A stretch of 64,000 nucleotides of DNA, from NCBI GenBank assembly GCA_965644265.1, contig OZ286462.1, positions 106,082,001 through 106,146,000 on the forward strand. Direction: 5' to 3'. This document shows, in pieces, positions 1-13,394 of the stretch. The DNA comes from Glycera tridactyla. Taxonomy: Eukaryota. Below the pieces are notes generated by a model. The model saw only the letters and a list, made by a program, of their open reading frames with translations. It was not told the origin of the DNA and ran no database searches. The position numbers and the translations under genes are program-made. Each line of letters begins with the position of its first letter. Position 1 is the first letter of the stretch.

Positions 1-341
1 TGTAGGGAATATAATTTTTTATTGATGGAGTCAAAATTGTCGTGGTCTGGGTATTTTGGTTGTCACATCGGGAGAGCATATTGGAAGAATCGCCCTCCGA
101 AAATATGTGGAATGTTGAACAGAAAAATGAGCTGGAACTATGCTATTCTGAGTTCAAGATGTCTGCCTAATCAATCATCTAACCAGGACGTGAATTACAA
201 GTTATTCTTCTGAGTTGCTAGGGAAGTCCCGCAAACCAATGTTTCTCTTGGGTTTGTTCTTTAGAATCCTACATGCACAGGTATATGCACTGCCATTTTG
301 TAGGGAATATAATTTTTATTGATGGAGTCAAAATTGTCGTG
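1..341 (+). repeat. ~43-bp direct duplication (1-44 and 299-341)
   Basis: tgtagggaatataattttt(t)attgatggagtcaaaattgtcgtg occurs twice ~298 bp apart. Confidence 0.85.
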
Positions 342-842
342 TTCTCTGTTCACATTAAATCCATCACTTTCTAATCAACTGAATTATTCACAATCTCCCA
401 TGGGGAGAGTGAGTTTGGTCTTCTCACTCTCCCGGGAGAGTGTTGAATTCGAAGACTCTCATCATTGGCATCGACATTGATGTCTATGTTGGCATGCGAA
501 TCCAAGCTGAGGACCAATTGATTCTCGCGACTAGAATTTTTTTTCCCCGAAACACGCATTTCTGGTGATAGTGTTTATCCCTAGGAACGCAACACATAAC
601 ACAGGCGCATTTCGTAGCAGGCTCCCATGGATGCAAACTATATGATATATCAGGTCGTTCCACAAGTCTAATTGAAATTGGGGACAAAATGGTTCCTTTC
701 TAGATTTGATTCCTAATTTTTCATTGCCTCACAAAATAAATACGGGCCACGTATTGGGTCTTCCGACATCAGCCGATGATTTCGATGCGATTGCTCGAGT
801 TCTTTGCGGCAATGGGTGCATTCAGTGAAGGCTATATTATTA

Positions 843-1019
843 CAGTCGAACCTCCTCTAAAGACCACCTCTCTATAAAGAACACCTCCCTATAAAGACCA
901 CCTGAACTGCGACCGTGTTAGTATTTTTAACAGTGAATGACTTCTCTATAAAGACCACCTCCCCATAAAGTCCAGTTTTCGATGCGACCGAAGGCGGTCT
1001 TTATAGGGAGGTTCGACTG
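843..1019. mobile_element. Tc1/mariner-pogo (Tigger-like) MITE, 177 bp
   Basis: TIRs CAGTCGAACCTCCTCTAAAGACCACC / rc CAGTCGAACCTCCCTATAAAGACCGCC; TA flanks at 841-842 and 1020-1021; internal repeats of ctataaagaccacct. Confidence 0.85.
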
Positions 1020-1479
1020 TATTTCCAAGGTGGCTCATGTGACAAAATTCCAGAATATCGGTTGTTTTTATAATCAGAGCAACGTAAAACCTTATTCGAC
1101 AAGGGCCACTTGACCTAGAAACCAATGCGCAGAAATCTAAATACAGAAGATTGAAAAGAATGATACAGATAAAAGAATTGCTGACATCTCCGACGACTAG
1201 AGATGTGATCAAGGCGTTGTTCCCTTGTATATTTCACCTTAGAACACCGAATGTGTCCATTTCATGATTGTTTCACGGCGTCTGTGGCGGCCGCATCGCC
1301 ACTGTTTATTTATCAGAGGTGCATATCAATGGCCAGAACTTTTCAATGGCATTTAGACGATTACGTCCCTGTAGGTCATCAATTGATCCTGGTTGAACGT
1401 GCTATCTGTAACGTCACTGGCTTCCCTGCAATCCAGCAAGGTCGATCACGTGTCTTATCTTTTGAATCATCACATACCT

Positions 1480-1650
1480 CGTCCTTCTTCTTATCCTCCC
1501 TCCTTCCCCACCTGCTCTTCCCCCTCCTCCTCCTCCGACTCCCCCTTCTCCTCCTCCTCATCATCATCGTCACCAATAATAATAATGATAATAATGATAA
1601 TGATAGTGATAATAATGATAATGATAGTGATAATAATCATCATCATCATC
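1480..1650. repeat. Low-complexity (CTC)n/(AAT,GAT)n/(CAT)n microsatellite
   Basis: Direct reading; accounts for ORFs 1251-1949, 1379-1576, 1393-1671. Confidence 0.9.
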
Positions 1651-1708
1651 TTGAGGAAGTCCCGTTACTAGAGGACGAAAAGCATAATGCACTGTTACAC
1701 ACACCATA

Positions 1709-1871
1709 NNNNNNNNNNNNNNNNNNNNNNNNNNNNNNNNNNNNNNNNNNNNNNNNNNNNNNNNNNNNNNNNNNNNNNNNNNNNNNNNNNNNNNNNNNNN
1801 NNNNNNNNNNNNNNNNNNNNNNNNNNNNNNNNNNNNNNNNNNNNNNNNNNNNNNNNNNNNNNNNNNNNNNN
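1709..1871. other. Assembly gap
   Basis: Run of N. Confidence 0.99.
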
Positions 1872-1879
1872 AGTTACAA

Positions 1880-2270
1880 TACTGATTGTTGGATTATTGT
1901 GTACAAAATAAGAACTTCGGGAGCGAAGTTGTGGAGTCTGTTATTCTAGTACACGTTCAATGACACTAAAAATCGAAAGTTTGAAATACTCTATGTCTAA
2001 GAGGAATTTTCGACATAGAGCTGCTATGTCTTGGAATGAACACGTTAAAAAACATCCAAAGTCAGTGGAGCTAGAAGTCACACCTTTCAAAAATTTCCTG
2101 AGGGAACCTAGATTTATTGAAACGTAAAATTTTTGGACCCTACGAGATGCAATAATGCGTGAAATCTCCGGATAGAATCTCGTGATATATTAAAATTCAG
2201 CACTTGTTCTATCTTATTCTATTTTATTCTACTTTATTTTACAAATAAACCAGGAACAATCCGAATAAGT
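1880..2270 (+). mobile_element. 3' fragment of a CR1/L2-type LINE
   Basis: Translates IVYKI...LF and RNFRHRAAMSWNE...PFKNFL, matching the C-terminal F-x-x-R-A-x-x-x-W-N...FK-x-x-L pattern of CR1/L2 ORF2, followed by a (ttcta/ttatt)-type tail. Confidence 0.5.
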
Positions 2271-2676
2271 ACTTTCAAATATTATCAAATAATAAAAATG
2301 GTCATGTCATTTCATCATCATCTCATTATTGTTCAACATCATCAGCATGTCACATCATTGTAAATATCATGTCATCAACATTGATATCGTATTAAATTAT
2401 GTGTCGATATATGTTTTGGCACTTCTGAAGAAGAACACCTATGTGTCTAATTGCTTTATGCGAAATAAAATAATGTTACAAATCGAACAAAAAATCCACA
2501 TATCATGATCATCATTATTATCGTCATCCAGGGCTACTTTTTCGGTCTGACGGTGACATAACACATGCCTGGATTCAGGCGTGGTTATGACTTCAGAGTG
2601 TCTAAAGCGTTTACCCATGCTATCATGTGATTGTATATATTGTTAGTTGTTCTCTAGTCACAGAAATGAAAGTACT

Positions 2677-2845
2677 NNNNNNNNNNNNNNNNNNNNNNNN
2701 NNNNNNNNNNNNNNNNNNNNNNNNNNNNNNNNNNNNNNNNNNNNNNNNNNNNNNNNNNNNNNNNNNNNNNNNNNNNNNNNNNNNNNNNNNNNNNNNNNNN
2801 NNNNNNNNNNNNNNNNNNNNNNNNNNNNNNNNNNNNNNNNNNNNN
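2677..2845. other. Assembly gap
   Basis: Run of N. Confidence 0.99.
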
Positions 2846-3028
2846 TGACCACCCCAACCCCAACATCACCACTACAACTAACACGGCCACTACCCCTTCT
2901 CCTCCGATCCTTTCAGTCATGATGCCCAGCTTCACGACCATTGTGATATATTGTTCATCCATGATATGTAAGGGGTGAGGTGGAGGGGCTGCATTGACAC
3001 AGCATGATGCTGGCCTGTACGGAGTGTT

Positions 3029-3819
3029 GCAGTGTGTGAGTGATAAGTGAGCTATGAGCGCTCCGTGCTCGGGTTGCCTGTATGTAGTATGGCAGTGTGT
3101 GAGTGATGAGCTCATAGCTCAGGATGCCTGTATGCATGTGGCAGTGTGTGAGTGATGAGTGAGCTATGAGAGCTCCGTGCTCGGGTTGCCTGTATGTAGT
3201 ATGGCAGTGTGTGAGTGATGAGTGAGCTATGAGCGCTCCGTGCTCAGGATGCCTGTATGTAGTGTGGCAGTGTGTGAGTGATGAGTGAGCTATGAGAGTT
3301 CCGTGCTCGGGTTGCCTGTATGTAGTATGGCAGTGTGTGAGTGATAAGTGAGCTATGAGAGCTCCGTGCTCGGGTTGCCTGTATGTAGTATGGCAGTGTG
3401 TGAGTGATGAGTGAGCTATGAGCGCTCCGTGCTCAGGATGCCTGTATGTAGTATGGCAGTGTGTGAGTGATGAGTGAGCTATGAGCGCTCCGTGCTCGGG
3501 TTGCCTGTATGTAGTATGGCAGTGTGTGAGTGATAAGTGAGCTATGAGAGCTCCGTGCTCGGGTTGCCTGTATGTAGTATGGCAGTGTGTGAGTGATGAG
3601 TGAGCTATGAGCGCTCCGTGCTCGGGATGCCGGTATGTAGTATGGCAGTGTGTGAGTGATGAGTGAGCTATGAGAGCTCCGTGCTCGGGTTGCCTGTATG
3701 TAGTATGGCAGTGTGTGAGTGATGAGTGAGCAATGAGCGCTCCATGCTCGGGATGCCTGTATGTAGTCTGGCAGTGTGTGAGTGATGAGTGAGCAATGAG
3801 CGCTCCGTGCTCGGGATGC
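3029..3819. repeat. 63-bp minisatellite, ~12.5 copies
   Basis: Unit gcagtgtgtgagtgatgagtgagctatgagcgctccgtgctcgggttgcctgtatgtagtatg; starts at 3141, 3204, 3267 give period 63. Confidence 0.97.
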
Positions 3820-4047
3820 TAAATAGACAGCTGTAATCATGCTGCTCACTGGTGCATGATCAATGCTACTCCATCAAACATAATTGCACACATCCAGCAC
3901 AATCAGGCTCCCGGCTATACACTGTAAGTAGACCTCTAGCCCTTGACTACCTGATACCCATAAATGCTTGGCAAAAAGGGGACCGTTTATGCTAGGGAAA
4001 GGTTCAGGTGGTATAAATTCGATGTTCTTCTCAATGATTCCGAAATA

Positions 4048-4083
4048 TTGATTGATTGATTGATTGATTGATCGACTGATTGA
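4048..4083. repeat. (ATTG)n microsatellite
   Basis: Direct reading. Confidence 0.9.
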
Positions 4084-4549
4084 GTATCGTTCAACGTTTT
4101 TTCGACACGACTTGTGTCGGACTGAAACAATATTATTTTCTGGTATTTTTAAGCTTTCTTCCTGGAAAAAAATCTCAGCTGAAAAAATGGAGCACCATTG
4201 CCGAAAGGAGGTGAAAGCTCCTCGAGGCACATCTACAAGCAACCCGTCAATATCACACTGTCAATACCAGCATGTTTCTGACATGGCTTTTTTTTCCTGA
4301 AGTGGCAATAAAGTGGGCTTCTCACTATCACCAACAGCCAATAAGAACATCGGATACCATTCATGTATGGGATGATGGTACTATGGGAATATATACGTGA
4401 TGGGTGGGGGGGGGGGGGGGTCGTTGGCTGCTAGATCAGTAATGTAGGACCAAAATGAGACTATTCCCCTTGTAGCAACAGATGAAACACCACGGCACGA
4501 GATGCTAGACTGGAGACCGACTCTAAGCTTGACTGACTCAGCAAATGGG

Positions 4550-5220
4550 GGATATTTTGATTAATTTTTCGATTTTCCTCGGGACTTCTGTGAACGGAAA
4601 GTGATTTCGCGTATGAAATGAGCGGGTTTTGGGATAATCTTCACTCGGGATTACCCTATTCAGCGAGATGTTGCTACACACCTCTACTATTTGATACGAT
4701 ACAGCAGTCGTGGGGCATTGCATTTCGTAATGTTTGAATGCTGAGCTCCATCAAAAGTCTTCCTTATTGCCTGGACACTATAGTCATCTTCTCTGTGCTT
4801 AGAATACACCTCTCTACTAGTGAGAAGTTGCATCTAATCATATGGATGTGCCATTTTCAGTGAAGTATCAGGTGTTGAGTACTGCGTGTGATACTTCACA
4901 GCTGAATAAGGACTGCTTCTTGATGATTTCTCCCCTAATCCATGTGATGAAAGCAAGACTATATGACCGTGAGGCAAAAACGCAATACCAAACTCGGTGT
5001 GAATTTCTCCAGAGGTCACTTGGCATTCGGCCTCGGGACGTCAGGGGATAATCTTGTTTGGTATTGCGTTTTTTCTTCATGGCCATATAGTCTTGCTATA
5101 CTTACATATGCGTATTCTTTCCCAGCAAGAGGTTATTCGCTTTGAGGAATGGAATCATTTCATGGAGTCGTAGGAGATGCAAGCTGAGCAACCAGAACTG
5201 CATTGAACGACCTACATCAA
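4550..5220 (+). pseudogene. Decayed intronless rhodopsin-family GPCR
   Basis: Across frameshifts: ILINFSIFLGTSVNG (TM1), F..NL.S (TM2), LIA.D..(Y)..I...LR-YTSLL (TM3/DRY region), MISPLIHVM (TM5), WYCVFSSWPYSLAIL (TM6 W-x-P-Y). Confidence 0.45.
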
Positions 5221-5235
5221 GCATACACTATGCTT

Positions 5236-5311
5236 ATCATCACTAACTATCTCTTCAGATCATCACTAACTATCTCTTCATATCATCACTAACTATCTCT
5301 TCATACCATCA
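5236..5311. repeat. 23-bp tandem repeat x~3
   Basis: atcatcactaactatctcttca(g/t). Confidence 0.9.
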
Positions 5312-6961
5312 CTGTTATACCACAGATAGAGCTGTGAGCGTGAGATACGGACCCGTGGTGTATTGTGTGAAATACACCATGGTTTTCAAAATACACCACG
5401 GATATTATGCGCGATGACGAAAGAATGCTTCCCTTGTGACGCCGTCTTCGTTACGCAGTTCATGATGTCTGTTTCCGGCAGTCTGAGCTTGTTTGGAATT
5501 GATTATTTTGGGCCATTTCTTTGATAAATGTATTATCTGCGGTATAAAAACAAGAACGTATGATCATCGACAAAAATCACAATATTCCACTCGGTGGAAC
5601 TGCCGTGGGACGTCACTCGGTCTCCGGCCTCGTAATATGCCTGTACTTTGTGATCATCTTCATACCGGAAACGCTTCACACCGGAGACGCCCCATTGTAT
5701 GGAGTAATTGTATTTATACATGACCAGTGAAATGGCGATACAAAATAAAGAATTATCTATCTATCCACCGGTGACTATATACAGTGTGCCATTGAATGGT
5801 CGATAATTAGACGTCAAGCATCTGTGTTGACTACTGGACCAATCTCATTTGTGTGATCCCCCACGTGGCATTCATCCAATTAGAGCTTATAACGGTAAAG
5901 CTTCCGTATTTGATGGATGCCACCATTCAGTGACAATTAATTCAGTATTATCACTATTCAGATTATTCCTCATCTTAGTACAATCACCCATCCATCTTCA
6001 TTTCAATCATTGGATATCTGACTTCTTCCAGATTTAAATGATTGATGTCTATATTAACCGCACTCGCCAAGAGGAAGGAGGTCAATACCTCACCGCCTTT
6101 GCTTTCTCTGAGCTGGTGCATTCGCTCCTAGTAAAGGAGCATCAGCATTTTACCTGGAGAAAAATTGGTAAATCTGACACTTTCCAGGAAAGTTGCCTTT
6201 AGTGTCCCTGAGTTCAAAAAAGATTAGGTCCCCCAAAATCCCCAAGGAGCTGACTGTGGTGGCACAAAATCCAAAATGCCCGCCATCTACAATAGGGAAT
6301 ATATAACGTCTGAACTGATTGTCACAGATTGAGTGTCAATGGGTAGGGAAAGTTATTTCTGACATCATTTTCATAATGCAATCTCATGGTTCATCACTAT
6401 CATCACGATCAATATAAAATTGAGTCGAAAAAACTTGAACCTTTACCGCATACGTCACTGCGTCGCAACGTGCGTGTTCCCAACTACGCTCTATGCACAC
6501 ATGCAGTAAAGTGTTGAATGATTATATCTCAGGCTATGGCTGACTGAGCTTGAACACGCAATTTTGAAACAGGTACCAGCCCATTCACTGAGACATTCAT
6601 CAGTGATGGATTGGATAAAATAGTGACTAAAATGATTACAATTCTGCAATATTTTGTTTCATGTGTAGGAAGTTATTCCCAACATTTATGAGCGATATCA
6701 GGGACTCAGAGACCCATAAGGCAACTTTCTTGAAAACAAACCAGCTTACCCTTTTTTACGAGGTTGGGTCAAAATTTGACCTAATGTTCCCGTACAATTC
6801 TGAGTCTTGCACTTATGAGCCTGTGAATATGAGTAAATTCCAGAAGACAGTTGCACTGTAAAAAGTTCTCATATATGGGATCTATGACTAGCTTCTCATT
6901 TGATGAAAAAACACTAATTATCGTGAAAAAAAAATTCTGCCATGCAACGATTTCACAGAAT

Positions 6962-8560
6962 TGCAGTGTGGGCAATTTGAGTGTAGGCCCGTTCATGCAG
7001 CATTTGAGTGTAGGCTCCTTCATGCAGCATTTGAGTGTAGGCTCCTTTATGCAGCATTCGAGTGTGGGCTCGTTTCATGCAGCATTTGAATGTAAACTCA
7101 TTTCATGCAGCATTTGAGTGTAGGTTCCTTTCATGCAGCATTTGAGTGTAGGCTCCTTCACGCAGCATTTGAGTGTAGGCTCGTTTCATGCAGCATTTGA
7201 GTGTAAACTCATTTCATGCAGCATTTGAGTGTAGGCTCCTTCACGCAGCATTTGAGTGTAGGCTCGTTTCATGCAGCATTTGAGTGTAAACTCATTTCAT
7301 GCAGCATTTGAGTGTAAACTCATTTCATGCAGCATTTGAGTGTAGGCTCATTTCATGCAGCATTTGAGTGTAGGCTCATTTCATGCAGCATTTGAGTGTA
7401 GGCTCATTTCATGCAGCATTTGAGTGTAGGCTCGTTCATGCAGCATTTGAGTGTAGGCTCCTTCACGCAGCATTTGAGTGTAGGCTCGTTTCATGCAGCA
7501 TTTGAGTGTAAACTCATTTCATGCAGCATTTGAGTGTAAACTCATTTCATGCAGCATTTGAGTGTAGGCTCATTTCATGCAGCATTTGAGTGTAGGCTCA
7601 TTTCATGCAGCATTTGAGTGTAGGCTCATTTCATGCAGATTGAATGTAAACTCATTTCATGCAGCATTTGAGTGTAGGTTCCTTTCATGCAGCATTTGAG
7701 TGTAGGCTCCTTCACGCAGCATTTGAGTGTGGGCTCGTTTCATGCAGCATTTGAGTGTAAACTCATTTCATGCAGCATTTGAGTGTAAACTCATTTCATG
7801 CAGCATTTGAGTGTAGGCTTGTTCATGCAGCATTTGAGTGTAGGCTCCTTTATGCAGCATTCGAGTGTGGGCTCGTTTCATGCAGCATTTGAATGTGAAC
7901 TCATTTCATGCAGCATTTGAGTGTAGGTTCCTTTCATGCAGCATTTGAGTGTAGGCTCATTTCACGCAGCATTTGAGTGTGGGCTCGTTTCATGCAGCAT
8001 TTGAGTGTAAACTCATTTCATGCAGCATTTGAGTGTAAACTCATTTCATGCAGCATTCGAGTGTAGGCTCATTTCATGCAGCATTTGAGTGTAGGCTCAT
8101 TTCATGCAGCATTTGAGTGTAGGCTCATTTCATGCAGCATTTGAGTGTAGGCTCATTTCATGCAGCATTTGAGTGTAGGCTCATTTCATGCAGCATTTGA
8201 GTGTAGGCTCATTTCATGCAGCATTTGAATGTAAACTCTTTTCATGCAGCATTTGAGTGTAGGTTCCTTTCATGCAGCATTTGAGTGTAGGCTCCTTCAC
8301 GCAGCATTTGGGTGTGGGCTCGTTTCATGCAGCATTTGAGTGTAAACTCATTTCATGCAGCATTTGAGTGTAAACTCATTTCATGCAGCATTCGAGTGTA
8401 GGCTCATTTCATGCAGCATTTGAGTGTAGGCTCATTTCATGCAGCATTTGAGTGTAGGCTCATTTCATGCAACATTTGAGTGTAGGCTCATTTCATGCAG
8501 CATTTGAGTGTAGGCTCATTTCATGCAGCATTTGAGTGTAGGCTCATTTCATGCAGCATT
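6962..8560. repeat. 27/28-bp minisatellite, ~57 copies, with higher-order variant pattern
   Basis: Unit gcagcatttgagtgtaggctcatttcat with recurring variants (aaactc, aggttcc, ccttcac, gggctcg). Confidence 0.97.
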
Positions 8561-10074
8561 CACATCAACACATGAATAGGATTCGGTGAAGGATTCTGTA
8601 ACGAAGGACGAGTGAATTATACTGACAATACACTCCGACAACTCTCCGACAACACTCCATGGTTTCTTGCTTATATACCACGAATTACCATGCTGATTGA
8701 TGGCTGTAAGCTCACCTGAATGGAATTCAGTCTATTTGTTGTTGTCGTCTATCCCATCATAAACTCCTTGTATGAAACATACTGGAGATGCAATATATAA
8801 CAAACATGAACAAATGAGCAGAATTTCACTATGTTTTGTTTGGATGTAGACCCTAAATTCGTGACATGTGATGTGAAATTGAATGGACCATGAATCATTT
8901 TACAGACAGTTTAGCCGCCTGCGGATCGTGGCGCATGGAACGTGTCCACGGTGCCAAAGACAATGGAGAGTCACGTGACTACGCATTGTGACGTAGCTGC
9001 GTGCACCAGTGGTCCCGAGGAGTTATATTCGAGCCATCTCCACGCTAATCGTTATATATCAAACGATCATCGATAAAATATGTATTCAATAATTAGCTAG
9101 TGCTATAGATGAGCCATAACTCGAACAACACGAATCCCACCACTATTCATGAATTTAATAGTCAGCTGGTGACATAGATAAAACACAACTCTTAACAATG
9201 CTCACAAATATTCATCTACTGGATAGCATCGTGAAAAGGCACAATGTTCATCATCCTTCATAGAATATTTATCCATAAGATAGTTAGCATCGTTAATAAG
9301 ACACCATTACTACCTTCATTCATGATATATTTATGTAATAGTTAGCTAGTGACATTGATAAAGCACTGGTGTAAAACATCATTTCACTACCATCATCATG
9401 CTGATGAGCAACGGAGGTAAAAACTTTAATGCCCAAATAGCATACCACGCGTTGTGAGTGCTATATCGAGATGCACATGTAATTGGCTAGGGTGCAACAA
9501 CTCATGGACACAGGAGCCTTGAATGATCAGGTTGCCATGGACGACTCAATATGGCCAAACCTGTATGCAGGAAACAGCGAACTAACTGACCAATCAACCC
9601 CCTGGGGTTCAAATGGTAGAGAAACATGATGAAATTCATAGATATTTCAGTTGTATTATCCGACTAAGATGGATATCTAGAGACATCGGGTAATAAACCC
9701 CCCATGGTATGTTCAGTCTCTGAGACAAGATAACATTTAAATCTCATATTAGCAAGCCGGTTATCAGCTACTAGCCTGATTGACTGCAGACTCCCACAGG
9801 ATGATCATCGTATTACGTAAGAAAAATGCCTCAATCTCACGCTTCACTGCTCTTCAATTGCCTTCTGTGCACCCAGCGGCACCGAACAAATTGCTGCAGT
9901 AAACACGATCACCAAACGATCAGAAGATATGAATCTGGCAGAAGCACCCATATTCATCTGTAGTCGTACACTTTTCAACCTTGATGTTAATACACCCATC
10001 CAACCCTCATATAAGGTACTTTCTCGTTTCGAGTAGATAGCAAGGTATAGCCACATGATTCGATCAGGTTCAAA

Positions 10075-10210
10075 TCAGATGGGTAGAGGTGTGTCAGAAC
10101 TGTCAGCTACTTCAATTCGACAATCTTTCCGGTTCCCAATCATCTTGTGTTCAGCGTTTGTGAGAGTGATGCCTGCAAGGGAGAGAACATTGACCAGGTA
10201 CACACGGCAT
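10075..10210 (-). pseudogene. Ig-domain remnant (family B); paralogs at 28230-28400, 32405-32560, 32690-32800
   Basis: Minus strand ITLTNAEHK..GN..C RIEVADSSDT; copies give TLTNPEH/QDDG..CQVEVADGSD and ITLTNTEQNDE; consensus resembles L-x-I-x-N...D-x-G-x-Y-x-C. Confidence 0.5.
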
Positions 10211-11089
10211 GTGACAAAGCAATATTTCCTTCGCTTGAATCTTCAAGACTAGTACGAGTAATTCTATTGGCGTAATCGAGAATTTTGGAATGGGATTGCC
10301 CCTCAAAATTTTCACTAAATAAAAAGACTTTGCATCACAATCTAATCATATGTCGATTGTCGAGACCTCTCATTGGTCACTGAGTCCATGCAGCATGAGA
10401 AGCCTGATACGATATGGCATTGTATTCAAACGATTATTCTTCGCGACTTTATCTGTGATATATAACCATTACCTAAACTAACAATCAACGACACATTTTT
10501 CCAGATTGAAAAAGGATTCGGAACGTAGAAATAGTCGAATGGCGTCAAATAACATGCAAAATCACACTGATATATCACATATAACTTGTTTCACCATGAT
10601 TTTGTGTGGTATTCACCCGAAGACAGTGGTCCTCGCGAGTTGAGTGGTGCATCACTTTTCTTTCTGAGAGACATCATTCGACTGAGTGAAATGTTGTTTA
10701 TTCTCAAAGTCCTGCCCAGAATGAGGTACATCTGCATCTCAAATGATGTCTTGATTGATTGATTGATTGATTGATAGGTCTTGTTCTACAATTGGTCGAA
10801 ACAACCGAATAATACAGTACGGTCCCCCATTCAAGGGCTTTTCCAGATCGATGAAAAGATATCCATACTACAACTTCAATGATATTGAAGATATAATGGT
10901 AGTGATGATCATCGAATGTTTATGAAATAATGAAGATCTCTTAGAGTGGTATATGTTATTGTATGATATGTTATTTGACATCTACTGTTGAACGATTCAT
11001 TTTTCAGTATGAAGAATCGGGTAGGTGTATTATCATCTAGCTTCCGTGGTAGAAATGAGGATGGTTGAAAAATACTGTTTCTAATTTTA

Positions 11090-11900
11090 GCCTCTCTCGA
11101 ATCAGTACAGAATAATATTGATAGATGGATCAGTGAGTCCTAATAAAATTGAGATGCAATTAGCTTATCTTATGATGTACTCGTGCAAAAGACATTGACA
11201 TATGATGTATGACATAATTAGAAGATTTCCATCCTGGCTGATTTAACAATGAATATAATTGTTATCAGTATTCACAGTAGTATAAGGGGATCATTGTGAA
11301 AATATACCAAAACCACCAACAAAGTACAAATTGTCACCCACGTCAGAATTCAAGAGAAAAGGTTACACAATGCAGATGCAAGTCGATATCCACATTGTCA
11401 TCTGTGTTGACTCAAATAGAATCTTTCACCTCAGTACCAGAGAAATGAGTAAATGGCATAATCAATTGGATCAATGGTGAATGAAGGTGAGACCGTTGGA
11501 TGACACTGATTTGATTGGATGACATTCCCTCTTATTATTATTCTGATGTGGTGTGAGCCTGTGCTAGGATGTGTTATCACTGGTTTTGTTTAAATTTTAT
11601 GAGTAGAGATCGGGAAGGTTTAGCTTGGCTTGCATCGTGAGATGACAAACTATCTAGTAGATGGCAGGCATTACAAATGAGTGAGCTTGGTGCTAAGCTC
11701 CACTTCTCTTATCACCCTCGAGGGATTCATTCATCTCCCGGTGAAAAATGAGACTCTCCACTTCGGTCGCGACTACTCACACATCATTGGTTGACAAGCT
11801 GCCAACTAGTAGCCTGATATGACCACTCTTATTAGCACTGATTGATTCACTAGCAACTGAGCCAGATAAGCCAACGTAAATCCGTCATCATCCATACTAC
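11090..11900 (+). pseudogene. Duplicated block X (Ig-like remnants); paralogs at 25960-26720 and 35215-35962
   Basis: Shared stretch gagatgacaaactat..agtagatggcaggcat.acaaatgagtg.gcttggtg...agctccacttctcttatcac in three copies; conserved frame DAISLSDDV, YTKTT..IV..VRIQE, C(V/S)(D/A)SN. Confidence 0.45.
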
Positions 11901-12205
11901 GATGGAATCATGCAATTAGATAGTTTGAACCACTTGTGTAGCCCATGATGATAAGTGAATGGATAATCATCAAAAAAGTAGATACAAATACATGGTTGGA
12001 TCAACAGATAGACATGTGTATGGATGAATGAATGAATGAATGGATTGGAAGATATTTAAATGAAGAATCAATGACTCTAGTAATAATTCCAATGAAGAAA
12101 TGCCTTTTGGTTCCCATATCAACCCTCTAGGATTCATCAGACTATCCTTGGTCATTACCATGTGAAAATTCTTGGTGAATATAAAGTGAATTCACATGAA
12201 TAACT

Positions 12206-12365
12206 GCCTTGGTGGCTCAGTGGTAGCGTACTGGGCTGGTGTGCAATGGGTCTGGTGTTCAATCCCCGGTCCCACCATGCAGGAACGTTTCACCCTTCAT
12301 CTTCGATCCTTCTTGGCAGGTGGTCTGGTTTAGCCTACTTAAGTGCAGAAAGTGGACCTAAAACC
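12206..12365 (+). mobile_element. tRNA-derived SINE
   Basis: A box TGGCTCAGTGG (12213-12223), B box GTTCAATCC (12257-12265), followed by a non-tRNA body. Confidence 0.7.
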
Positions 12366-12991
12366 CCACCTTTTCCATTTTGACATGAATAAGAGAAAGA
12401 GAGACCCTTTTCTGGCATCTCTCTTTAGTTGAGATGACTTGCTTGCTATGATCTCCATCAATGTTAGCAAGAACATATAAATTGGGTGTAAAATATAACA
12501 TTGTACCCTTAACTGAATTGAATTGAAAATGCGATTTGTTGAATATATAAGAGTTCAAATAATCAAAATGCACATAAGCTACAGAACCAAAAGAACGAGA
12601 GTAGAAAGATGGAGAATGGATGGTACATGTGGGCAGCATTTATGTTGAGGGCCGTGTCAGAGGCAATCAGCAGATCAATGGCTCGTTGTTTGTAATTCAC
12701 GAATCATGGTGTTTAGCTGACAGGCTCTATCTAGACTCTCCCTATTTCTGGGTGATCTACTAACTCCCAGACTCAAACAGATTAATGGACAATCGATGAT
12801 TTTCCCCTCTCCTGGATAATAGGCAGTATGAATACAATTTGCAAGCAGCTTGACGGACTGGAGTGAAAATCTATATGTGGTTGTGGCCAGAGCTCAATAG
12901 AATGCTACCATCAGAAGCCAATATTGCTGCCACGACGTTTATACGTGGCGCTGGTGTTTTGTTCCTATGGTACACACTGAGGCTACCTCTT

Positions 12992-13281
12992 NNNNNNNNN
13001 NNNNNNNNNNNNNNNNNNNNNNNNNNNNNNNNNNNNNNNNNNNNNNNNNNNNNNNNNNNNNNNNNNNNNNNNNNNNNNNNNNNNNNNNNNNNNNNNNNNN
13101 NNNNNNNNNNNNNNNNNNNNNNNNNNNNNNNNNNNNNNNNNNNNNNNNNNNNNNNNNNNNNNNNNNNNNNNNNNNNNNNNNNNNNNNNNNNNNNNNNNNN
13201 NNNNNNNNNNNNNNNNNNNNNNNNNNNNNNNNNNNNNNNNNNNNNNNNNNNNNNNNNNNNNNNNNNNNNNNNNNNNNNNNN
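12992..13281. other. Assembly gap
   Basis: Run of N. Confidence 0.99.
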
Positions 13282-13394
13282 TTCTTTGAAAAAATGCCTC
13301 CCTATCTCGTCTGTCAGCAGAACTGCGTCTTGAATGACAAGCATGGGCGAATAAATAACAAGAGCGCCCAGGGGCGCCGAGAGATCTCCGAAAT

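Larger units (their letters stand above)
1..1250 (-). pseudogene. Decayed rhodopsin-family GPCR remnant, interrupted by a MITE
   Basis: Minus-strand frame fragments in canonical order: ITSLVVGDV (TM2-like), KWPLS (ECL1 W-x-x-G-like), YIA..HPL (post-DRY), DSIN..II (TM7 NSxxNPxxY-like); many stops and frameshifts. Confidence 0.35.

Noticed and set aside
1251-2922. Long ORFs at 1.2-2.9 kb, 12.9-13.6 kb and 33.9-34.6 kb
   Set aside because: Length comes from N-gaps and microsatellites.
12206-12280. Functional tRNA gene
   Set aside because: A and B boxes are present but no convincing cloverleaf or poly-T terminator; it continues into a SINE-like body.
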